Below, piece by piece: positions 1 through 9,291 of a stretch of 32,000 bases of DNA. Location: the NCBI GenBank assembly GCA_963704705.1, contig OY969931.1, positions 450,001-482,000 on the forward strand, read 5' to 3'. Within the stretch, counting starts at the first letter, position 1, and every line of letters starts with the position of its first letter. Source of the stretch: an uncultured bacterium. GTDB taxonomy: Bacteria > Patescibacteriota > Gracilibacteria > UBA1369 > PNNO01. The notes below the pieces were generated by a model, which saw nothing but the letters and a program-made list of their open reading frames with translations, was not told the origin of the DNA and did not search any database. The translations under genes and the position numbers were made by a program.

Positions 1-222
1 TTAACATTCACAGAAAATGAATTAAAAGATGGTGAACATAAAATTAATGCCAGAATCAGATATAGATTTCCTCCTCAGAAAGCTGTTTTAACAAAAAACA
101 ACAACACCGCTGAAATAGTTTTCGAAGAGCCCCAAAGAGCAATAACACCCGGTCAGTCAGTTGTATTTTATAGACGAAACAGAGTGCTTGGGGGTGGAAT
201 AATAGAAGAAGTTATGGTATAA
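1..222 (+). CDS. mnmA: tRNA-specific 2-thiouridylase MnmA, C-terminal fragment (5' truncated by window)
   Basis: Frame 1 reads LTFTENELKDGEHKINARIRYRFPPQKAVL...AEIVFEEPQRAITPGQSVVFYRRNRVLGGGIIEEVMV*, ending TAA 220-222. The FxEPQRAxTPGQSxVFY...LGGGxI motif is typical of the MnmA C-terminus. Confidence 0.88.
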   Translation, partial: LTFTENELKDGEHKINARIRYRFPPQKAVLTKNNNTAEIVFEEPQRAITPGQSVVFYRRNRVLGGGIIEEVMV

Positions 223-245
223 TATAACACAATTATTACATATTT

Positions 246-1094
246 ATGCCGCCGAAAAAGACAAAAAAAATACAAGCAACTGATGATAAACATTTCACAA
301 TTCATATTGGGCATGAAGAAGCGCAGCCTGCTAAACCAATTCAAAAATTCCACAAAACTTTAAAAGATGAAAAAATGGAAATTCAGCCTGAAAGTTTTAC
401 TGATAAAATATGGGGATTCTTAAGGTTTATTTCAAGCGCTGCAATAATTTTTATTATTTTATTTTTTGTTATGAATTGGAATGCATACAGCACTTTAATC
501 ATGAATAAACTTGGCTTTTTCAAGGCTGATCAGCAGGAACAGGAATACACTTTGCCAATACGCGGAAGCAATGATTTGATGGAATTAAGCAAAGATCCCG
601 AAGTTCAAAAATCTCAGATACCGGATTTAAATTTGGAGGTTACTCCTCCTGATACGCGCATTGTTATTCCGAGAATAGGAAAGAATGTTCCGGTTGTTAC
701 AATAAGTTCCGAAGCACTTATAAATCATGATTGGGATAAACTTGAGCAGCAAATACAGGAAGCTTTGCGTGACGGAGTGGTGCATTATCCTGAAACAGCG
801 TTCCCGGGTGAAAACGGGAATATGGTTGTAACAGGTCACAGTTCGTATTTCGCTTGGGATCCAGGCCGATTTAAAGATGTTTTTGCACTTCTCCACGATG
901 TGCAGATTGGAGATAAAATTTATGTATATTACGATCAGAAAAAATATGAATATGAAGTTTACGATACAAGAGTTGTTTTACCAACACAGGTTGATGTTTT
1001 AACACAAGAGGGCGGAGACAGGCTAACATTAATAACCTGCACACCTGTCGGGACAAATTTAAAAAGGCTGGTTGTTCTTGCAAAGCCTGTATAG
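246..1094 (+). CDS. Sortase family protein (class D/E-like), membrane anchored
   Basis: 282 aa with one N-terminal TM segment (SSAAIIFIILFFVMNW), catalytic His context VVTGHSSYFAWDPGRFKDVFA, and Cys/Arg context LTLITCTPVGTNLKRLVV. Confidence 0.88.
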   Translation: MPPKKTKKIQATDDKHFTIHIGHEEAQPAKPIQKFHKTLKDEKMEIQPESFTDKIWGFLRFISSAAIIFIILFFVMNWNAYSTLIMNKLGFFKADQQEQEYTLPIRGSNDLMELSKDPEVQKSQIPDLNLEVTPPDTRIVIPRIGKNVPVVTISSEALINHDWDKLEQQIQEALRDGVVHYPETAFPGENGNMVVTGHSSYFAWDPGRFKDVFALLHDVQIGDKIYVYYDQKKYEYEVYDTRVVLPTQVDVLTQEGGDRLTLITCTPVGTNLKRLVVLAKPV

Positions 1095-1097
1095 AAT

Positions 1098-1658
1098 TTA
1101 AAGCTGACTTAATTTCTTAAGAAGATCTTCTTCTGTAGCTGATTCTTTTTGTTCGTATGCTACTTCTTTTTTAGCTAGTTCTTCACGTTGTTGTTTGTTT
1201 TCAAATTCCTGCCATTCAGATAAATGTTTGTCATTAATCTTTGCAAGTTCTGTTTCATATTCAGCGTCCAGTTTTGACAATTGCTGTTTTTCATTTAACA
1301 AAATATCTCGCAATTTTTGAATCTGGTCTTCAGTCATGATAGGTAAAATCTGAAACCAGTATTCACGCTCTTCATCATCCATTGATTCAGTATTCAGAAT
1401 CAAAGTGATAAGTTCAGGATAATTCTGTTTAACTATTTGAGGAATATGAAATTTAGTAGCCTGAGCTTTAGGTGCTGGTTCAGCAGGAGATGTATTTTTT
1501 AAGCCAAGAAGTTCTTCTTCCTCCGACAAAATATTACTGTCTTTGGCTGATTCTTTTTCCATTTGTTGAACCTGAGATAAATTAATTACCTTTGCGTTGT
1601 CGTCTCCTTGAGCGCTGCCACTTGTTCCTTGATTATTTTGTGTATTTGAATCTGCCAT
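1098..1658 (-). CDS. Hypothetical protein with disordered N-terminus and a charged helical/coiled-coil C-terminal half; paralogous to the 18126-18728 product
   Basis: 186 aa ORF; ungapped 71-residue match to the protein at 18126-18728, including LP-x5-Q-x3-L-x2-I-x3-EKQ and H-x2-EW positions. Confidence 0.7.
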   Translation of the reverse strand: MADSNTQNNQGTSGSAQGDDNAKVINLSQVQQMEKESAKDSNILSEEEELLGLKNTSPAEPAPKAQATKFHIPQIVKQNYPELITLILNTESMDDEEREYWFQILPIMTEDQIQKLRDILLNEKQQLSKLDAEYETELAKINDKHLSEWQEFENKQQREELAKKEVAYEQKESATEEDLLKKLSQL

Positions 1659-1711
1659 TTTTATTGTTTGATTACTTATATATTATACATACAAATTAGG
1701 GTATACGTCAA

Positions 1712-2530
1712 CTATTGCTTTTTATCTTTATCTTTATCCGCTCCAGGATATTCCGGTGCTTTACCGTTATTAGCATTACCAGGTATTTGAAATGCCACGA
1801 ATAACTGTGCACATGGATATTTTTTTGGCTCTTCACTTTCATTGTTTCTTATATAAACATTTGTTTCGTTAATTGCTACAACAAAACCAGCATTGAATTC
1901 TTTGCCTTTACCAGCGAGTTTATCCCTGAGGACAACCATATCGCCCTTATTGAATATTCGTTTCTTTTTATTAGTGAATTTTTCTGTGATTGATTTTCTT
2001 CCAGCAGCCCAACCCAGTGATTTTTTTAGCTGCATTATTAAATGTGGAATTTTAACTTCTGTGGTTGGTGGCTTTATTTCTTTTACATCAGGTTTTGGTA
2101 AACCAATTGATCTATAAAGATAATCAACCAGTTTTTCATTTTCATTCGGTTTTTCCAGTTTGGTTTTTAATGCATCTTTATTTTTAATGTCCGGCACTTT
2201 AATTCTTTTTTCAATATCACTTAAAATTTTTTGTCTTTTAACCGGATCCTGTTCATATTTCATATTATCCAATTCATCTCCTAAATTTAAAATCAATTTC
2301 CAGAGATTTGCCCATGATTCCATAACACCTTTAATACTACCAACTAAATCCATTCCATCCATCATTTCTTTTAATTGTTTTTTGGTTTCTGCACCTATTG
2401 TTTCCTCTTTTTTTTCTTTAGTTTGTTCAGCTTTTTGGGCGGGAGTTTGAGCAGGCTTTTGCTGCGGCGTAGTTGGTGCTTTTGGTTGTGTTTCGTTTGG
2501 TTTTGGACCTTGCGATCCTGAGCCTCCTGG
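1712..2530 (-). CDS. Hypothetical protein with Pro/Gln/Lys-rich N-terminal tail; start probably at MPGGSGSQ
   Basis: Long ORF (1712-2554 as given). The internal Met gives MPGGSGSQGPKPNETQPKAPTTPQQKPAQTPAQK.., followed by a folded C-terminus (KGDMVVLRDKLAGKGKEFNAGFVVAINETNVYIRNN). Confidence 0.65.
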   Translation of the reverse strand, partial: PGGSGSQGPKPNETQPKAPTTPQQKPAQTPAQKAEQTKEKKEETIGAETKKQLKEMMDGMDLVGSIKGVMESWANLWKLILNLGDELDNMKYEQDPVKRQKILSDIEKRIKVPDIKNKDALKTKLEKPNENEKLVDYLYRSIGLPKPDVKEIKPPTTEVKIPHLIMQLKKSLGWAAGRKSITEKFTNKKKRIFNKGDMVVLRDKLAGKGKEFNAGFVVAINETNVYIRNNESEEPKKYPCAQLFVAFQIPGNANNGKAPEYPGADKDKDKKQ

Positions 2531-2538
2531 CATAATTA

Positions 2539-2940
2539 TTAGATTATAAAACAATCGCCAATTTCTTTTTCAATTATTTGTTTTGTATGGCGCATTCTGT
2601 AAATTAAATTTTGGATCTGAAAACTATCTCTGTCTCCGGCATCCCACAATGTTTTAATTTGTCTTATTTCTGAAAGCAGATTAACTGCATTCAAATCAAC
2701 TCTTCCTTGTGTTTGTTCGTCCAGTTTTTTGTAAACCGGTTCATTTATTAAACTTGAAGGAACATAAAGATGGATTATTTCGCTTTCAACCATCTTTATT
2801 ACTTTTTCCATAAATTCCATATCAGTATCGTCGATTCCTGTTGGATCGATTTGCGGCTTATTAATCATTTGCTGAACATATTGGTCAACTCCCTGATTCA
2901 TAAGAGTTTCATCAACAAGCTTTTTACTTTCTTCATCCAT
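2539..2940 (-). CDS. Hypothetical acidic protein
   Basis: 133 aa ORF, co-oriented and adjacent to the two hypotheticals above. No family recognised. Confidence 0.6.
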   Translation of the reverse strand: MDEESKKLVDETLMNQGVDQYVQQMINKPQIDPTGIDDTDMEFMEKVIKMVESEIIHLYVPSSLINEPVYKKLDEQTQGRVDLNAVNLLSEIRQIKTLWDAGDRDSFQIQNLIYRMRHTKQIIEKEIGDCFII

Positions 2941-2944
2941 TTGA

Positions 2945-5110
<2,166 letters not shown>

Positions 5111-5131
5111 GCTATACAGACAGTGGTTTCT

Positions 5132-5470
5132 TTATTCAATTATTCTATTTTCTGTTTTTTCCAGAAGTGCTTTTATTGCAGCTATCATTTCTTCTCTGTC
5201 AGGTGAACCTTTTTGGATTATTTCACCTTCAGGCGTGAACATAACTTCATTATGAAGCTTTGGACAACGAGATTGTGCTGGAAAATTTACTATTTTATAT
5301 ACACCCTTGCTTTCTTTTATCTCTATTACATCACCATTTACATTCCTAAATCCATTTTCAGTTTGAGTAAATGTTGTACGGGCTAATTCAACAGCTTGTT
5401 TTAACTGCTCAAAAGTTAATTCACTTGCATCAAATTCCGGATTCTCTTCTGTATATGGTATTTCTGACAT
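5132..5470 (-). CDS. Small hypothetical protein; start probably MSEIPYTEENPEF
   Basis: ORF 5132-5494 as given. The internal Met at 5470 removes the overlap with the upstream GNAT gene. No recognised family. Confidence 0.5.
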   Translation of the reverse strand: MSEIPYTEENPEFDASELTFEQLKQAVELARTTFTQTENGFRNVNGDVIEIKESKGVYKIVNFPAQSRCPKLHNEVMFTPEGEIIQKGSPDREEMIAAIKALLEKTENRIIE

Positions 5471-5472
5471 AT

Positions 5473-5937
5473 TTAAAGGTTTAATTTTAAACAAATTGGG
5501 TTATCTGCAACAACTAGTCCTTCCGGCACAAACTCGTTTTCTTTGAAGCCGTGATTTTTATAAAACTTTATTGCTTCTGTATTTTCCGTAACAGTTCCTA
5601 CATAAATAGTATTAATTTTATGCTTTTTTGCAAATTCGAGTACGGTTTGAAAGAGTTTTTCTCCTGTTCCCTGCTTACGAAATTCTTTTTTAACCGCCAT
5701 TCTTTTTAAATGTGCCGAACCATCAGATTTTTTAATGATCCCGACACATCCAACAAACTCGTTATCTGACAGCGCCACCCAAAAATTGCTGTTTTTATCT
5801 TTTTGATAAAATCCGGGGATATCGTAAATATCAGGTCTTTCAACTCCTTTATAATCAAATTCCTTTTCCCAGATGGCAACTATTAGATTTATTACATCAT
5901 CTTTATACCTTTCTGTGTATTTAGTAATTTTAATCAT
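5473..5937 (-). CDS. GNAT family N-acetyltransferase
   Basis: 154 aa with acetyl-CoA binding motif HLKRMAVKKEFRKQGTGEKLFQTVLEFAKK and ..NTEAIKFYKNHGFKE. Confidence 0.9.
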   Translation of the reverse strand: MIKITKYTERYKDDVINLIVAIWEKEFDYKGVERPDIYDIPGFYQKDKNSNFWVALSDNEFVGCVGIIKKSDGSAHLKRMAVKKEFRKQGTGEKLFQTVLEFAKKHKINTIYVGTVTENTEAIKFYKNHGFKENEFVPEGLVVADNPICLKLNL

Positions 5938-6427
5938 ACATGTAAGGAGGAATAACGCGCTGATTTATCATCTGATCGGTTTTATGTTGCACTGTCTGAA
6001 ATAACTTTGTACCTCTAAAGTGCTCTATTAAATCTTTTATGTTTTCATCGATAGTGTCAAGTAAACCGTGTTCATATCTTTTACCATTACATCTTATCTC
6101 TTTAGCGACTTGAATGTCAGCTATTGTTTCCAGAACCATTCCTCTAATTAATATTCTGTTTAGATTTGCAGATGTAGTTCTATGGCTCCCATTCAATAAA
6201 AAAAATCTTACATCCGGATTTTGACTTAAGAATTCAAGAAGAAGACTGTATTCCGGCTCATCAAAGTGCGTTAAATAACGATTTACATCAATAAGTGGCA
6301 CAGGAGGAAGCACTTTGTCACGCCCATTTTTATATAAATCAAAATATTTTTCTAAAACCTCAGGACTATAAACCGGAAAATCCCTTGTAGTAATAACTTC
6401 ATCTGGTTGTACATCTACGAATTTCAT
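5930..6427 (-). CDS. Hypothetical protein, possibly ParB/Srx-like fold
   Basis: 165 aa; N-terminal VDVQPDEVITTRDFPVY resembles ParB-like domains, and FLLNGSHRTTSAN resembles the ParB-like G(H/S)HR motif. Confidence 0.5.
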   Translation of the reverse strand: MKFVDVQPDEVITTRDFPVYSPEVLEKYFDLYKNGRDKVLPPVPLIDVNRYLTHFDEPEYSLLLEFLSQNPDVRFFLLNGSHRTTSANLNRILIRGMVLETIADIQVAKEIRCNGKRYEHGLLDTIDENIKDLIEHFRGTKLFQTVQHKTDQMINQRVIPPYMYD

Positions 6428-6520
6428 AAATAAAATTATTGGTGGTGGTTATTTTGCAATAATAATTTAGATATGTCAAATATTAAATTGTATTAGATTT
6501 GAAAATGTTGCGGTTTGATA

Positions 6521-6544
6521 AAAAGTGGTCCTGGTCCCACTTTT
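6521..6544. repeat. Perfect 8-bp inverted repeat (AAAAGTGG - TCCTGGTC - CCACTTTT)
   Basis: Seen directly: AAAAGTGG 6521-6528, loop TCCTGGTC 6529-6536, CCACTTTT 6537-6544, in a divergent intergenic region. Confidence 0.75.
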
Positions 6545-6602
6545 GTTAACCTTTGACTTTTTAGTTAACATATGTTAACCTATTTATATATAGTTAACAT
6601 AA
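6545..6602. promoter_or_regulatory. Putative operator: four GTTAAC boxes arranged as nested dyad / 29-bp tandem repeat upstream of the HTH-Doc pair
   Basis: GTTAAC at 6545-6550, 6564-6569, 6574-6579 and 6593-6598 (offsets 19, 10, 19). Perfect 16-bp palindrome GTTAACATATGTTAAC at 6564-6579. Units 6545-6573 and 6574-6602 match at 22 of 29 positions. Confidence 0.7.
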
Positions 6603-6607
6603 TCAAA

Positions 6608-6859
6608 ATGTCTGAATATGTATCTGCAAGCGAAGCAGCAAAATTGCTTGGAATAAGCCGAATAGCAGTCTTCAAAAAAATTCAAAACGGACAAATCAAA
6701 GCTGAAAAAGTAGGCAGAAATTACATCATCAAACTTGATGATCTTGGCCAGATTTTTAAAGAAAAAATATCTAACGAGAAAAAGCAAACAATAGATAAAG
6801 CCATCAAAAAAACCATCAAAGAATATGGTGAGGCTTTAAAAAAACTTAAAGAAACTTAA
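6608..6859 (+). CDS. HTH (excisionase/MerR-like) domain protein, putative antitoxin
   Basis: MSEYVSASEAAKLLGISRIAVFKKIQNGQIKAEKVGRNYIIKLDDL is a classic excisionase-type HTH, followed by a Lys/Glu-rich helical tail. It ends 11 bp before the doc-like ORF. Confidence 0.82.
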   Translation: MSEYVSASEAAKLLGISRIAVFKKIQNGQIKAEKVGRNYIIKLDDLGQIFKEKISNEKKQTIDKAIKKTIKEYGEALKKLKET

Positions 6860-6870
6860 AATTTCGCTTA

Positions 6871-7290
6871 ATGACAAGAATTTTAACAATAAAAGAAGTT
6901 GAATACATAGCGCATAAGCTCGCAAAAGAGTGGATGACGTGGGATGAACCAATTCCTGAATTTGAAACAAGATATCCAGGTATTCTTGAAAGCTGCCTTG
7001 CAGCGCCGTTTCAGACATTCGGCAAGCGCCATCTTTATAAAGGTTTGCTTGGCCAGGCTTCAATTTTGTTTTATCTTCTTATCAAAAATCACCCTTTTCA
7101 AAACGGCAACAAGCGAATCGCAGTAACAACACTTCTGGTTTTTTTATATGAAAATGAAAAATGGCTTAAAGTGGACAACCAGGAGCTATATAATTTCGCG
7201 GTTTGGGTGGCTCAAAGTCCGCCTGACCTTAAAAATCCCACAGTTGAAGCGATAAATCTGTTTATTAAAAAGCACTTGGTGGAGAGATAG
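6871..7290 (+). CDS. Death-on-curing (Doc/Fic) family toxin
   Basis: 139 aa with active-site motif HPFQNGNKRIAVTTLLVFL (Doc-type H-x-F-x-[ND]-[AG]-N-K-R) and N-terminal EYIAHKLA. Confidence 0.88.
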   Translation: MTRILTIKEVEYIAHKLAKEWMTWDEPIPEFETRYPGILESCLAAPFQTFGKRHLYKGLLGQASILFYLLIKNHPFQNGNKRIAVTTLLVFLYENEKWLKVDNQELYNFAVWVAQSPPDLKNPTVEAINLFIKKHLVER

Positions 7291-8844
7291 CTAGTCCTCT
7301 ATTAACTCTCCCCCAAAAATATCCAAAGCAGCATGAGTAGTGTCTGGTTTTTGCTCTTCCTGAGGGGCAAACTCGCTATCAGGCTCTTCAGCTTCCTCTT
7401 CCGGCTCAGGTGCAGCTGCTGAAAGCTGGACTTCTGAGACCGTATAATTAACTTTTGCGGGTTCTTCAAAAACCTGTGCTATTGCTGTTTCTATTTCAAT
7501 TTTATTTTCAGCTGTATCAACTTTTTCAGCGTGGAATTTAGAACTGAATTCAATTAAAATTTCGCCATTTTCAACCTGAATAGGTTTGCCTGCTTTAAAG
7601 CTCATTCTTACAAAAGGCGTTTTGATAAGTTCAAGTACACGTGGCCAGTTTTCTTTAACATAACTTATTGTAAGCGGGATTTTTTCAGTTGGCTTTTCTG
7701 GTTCCTGTTCTGAGATATTTGGCTTTATTGCTGAATGTTCACGAACAGCAGGTTGTGGGATTACCGCTTCGCTCGCTGCTGGCGCAGCTCGCTCCATCGA
7801 GCTCCCTTCGGTCGCTCCGGAATGCATTGTAGTTTTGATTGTTGCCATCTCTAAAGGCAATTGCGGTATTGTTGTGATTTTAAGTTTATTGTAAGCATCC
7901 TGAAAGATATCGGCTGTATTAAGAGCATAATTGACTTCAGCTTTATTGCCGTTTTCAACGGATTTAAGCATTTCAAGCCGAAGATGTTCAAGGAAATCTT
8001 TAGCAAATTGAACAAGATCAGAACCTTGTGCATATAAATCCTGAATTACAGCCAATGCTGCGTTAGTATCGTTATTTTTTAAGTGTTTGTAAAAAGTTTC
8101 AAGTACGGTTATGCCACTTATTCCAAGCACATCGCGCACCCTGTCGAATTCAAGTTTGCCATCAGTTGTTAGTTGCTCGAGTAGACCGATTGCATCGCGA
8201 AGTCCGCCTTCGGCAGTATGAGCAATTGATTCAACCGCTGATTCTTCGGCTTCAATTCCTTCCATCTGGGCAATATACATTAAACGCGTAGCAATTGTTT
8301 TTTTAGTAATTCTTTTAAAATCAAATCTCTGACATCTCGAAATAATTGTTTCAGGAACCTTGTGGCTTTCGGTTGTTGCAAGCACAAAAAATACATGCGA
8401 CGGAGGTTCTTCCAATGTTTTCAATAAAGCGTTAAAAGCCTCTTTTGTTAACATGTGGACTTCGTCGATAATATAAATTTTGTTTTTTGCACGGGTTGGC
8501 GCAAAGTTGATTTTGTCTTTAAGATCGCGAATTTCATCGATACCGCGGTTTGATGCAGCATCAATTTCAATTAAATCAATTAAGTTTCCGGCTTTAATTG
8601 TCTCGCACATTTCACATTTGTCACATGGTTCGCCTTCTTCACTTAAATTAGTGCAGTTGATTGCCTTTGCAAGTAAGCGCGCTGTCGAAGTTTTTCCGGT
8701 TCCCCGGGGTCCGCAAAAAAGATAAGCGTGAGCAGGATGCCCCTCTTTAAGTGCATTGAGAAGAGTAGTTTTGATATGATCCTGACCTACAAGGTTATTG
8801 AAGTTTTGTGGCCTGTATTTGCGATAAAAAGAAACTTCGGACAT
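7291..8844 (-). CDS. dnaX: DNA polymerase III subunit gamma/tau
   Basis: 517 aa; FYRKYRPQNFNNLVGQDHIKTTL, Walker A GPRGTGKTSTARLLAK, Cys zinc module, IYIIDEVHMLTKEAFNALLKTLEEPP. Confidence 0.97.
   Translation of the reverse strand: MSEVSFYRKYRPQNFNNLVGQDHIKTTLLNALKEGHPAHAYLFCGPRGTGKTSTARLLAKAINCTNLSEEGEPCDKCEMCETIKAGNLIDLIEIDAASNRGIDEIRDLKDKINFAPTRAKNKIYIIDEVHMLTKEAFNALLKTLEEPPSHVFFVLATTESHKVPETIISRCQRFDFKRITKKTIATRLMYIAQMEGIEAEESAVESIAHTAEGGLRDAIGLLEQLTTDGKLEFDRVRDVLGISGITVLETFYKHLKNNDTNAALAVIQDLYAQGSDLVQFAKDFLEHLRLEMLKSVENGNKAEVNYALNTADIFQDAYNKLKITTIPQLPLEMATIKTTMHSGATEGSSMERAAPAASEAVIPQPAVREHSAIKPNISEQEPEKPTEKIPLTISYVKENWPRVLELIKTPFVRMSFKAGKPIQVENGEILIEFSSKFHAEKVDTAENKIEIETAIAQVFEEPAKVNYTVSEVQLSAAAPEPEEEAEEPDSEFAPQEEQKPDTTHAALDIFGGELIED
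7765..7822. repeat. GC-rich, in-frame low-complexity/palindromic insert-like segment within dnaX
   Basis: CGCTTCGCTCGCTGCTGGCGCAGCTCGCTCCATCGAGCTCCCTTCGGTCGCTCCGGAATG in an otherwise AT-rich gene. Inverted repeat AGCTCG 7786-7791 / CGAGCT 7798-7803. Encodes SGATEGSSMERAAPAASEA. Confidence 0.5.
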
Positions 8845-8898
8845 GCCTAAAAAATTTACTTGGTTGGGACGTTAAAATAGCAAACTAAATGGTAATCT

Positions 8899-9291
8899 TC
8901 AAGACGAAAATTTAGCTTTTTCTATCAAATCATCATAAGAATCATCACCATATACCCGCACCCAATTTGAAACACCTTTTATGAATAATTTATCATTGTT
9001 TTTAAATTTTTTAAGGACAATCTCTCTGTTAATAACAATATAATCTACCTCAACATCATTAATATTGATTCTGATTTGTTCAGTTTTCGTTATTTTAGGG
9101 TCAATAATATCAAAATCAAGATCAGAGTCTTTATGTAATTTGCCTTTTATAAAAGAGCCATGCACAAAAATTTGGGTAATGTTTGGATTTTTGCACATTT
9201 GTTCAATAAAAATATTTAAAGCCTCGAGATACCTTTGGTATTTTTTATCGTATGAAAATTTTTCTAAATTTAAATCTTTTAGGGTAAACAT
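8899..9291 (-). CDS. Nucleotidyltransferase-fold (MNT-type) domain protein
   Basis: 130 aa; FVHGSFIKGKLHKDSDLDFDII matches the GSxxxGxxxxxSDxD motif, with a downstream acidic VEVDYIVI strand. Confidence 0.82.
   Translation of the reverse strand: MFTLKDLNLEKFSYDKKYQRYLEALNIFIEQMCKNPNITQIFVHGSFIKGKLHKDSDLDFDIIDPKITKTEQIRININDVEVDYIVINREIVLKKFKNNDKLFIKGVSNWVRVYGDDSYDDLIEKAKFSS

Noticed and set aside
6572-6607. Upstream start (MLTYLYIVNIIK) for the HTH protein
   Set aside because: This start codon lies inside the GTTAAC palindrome array. The downstream ATG at 6608 gives a canonical excisionase-type N-terminus.
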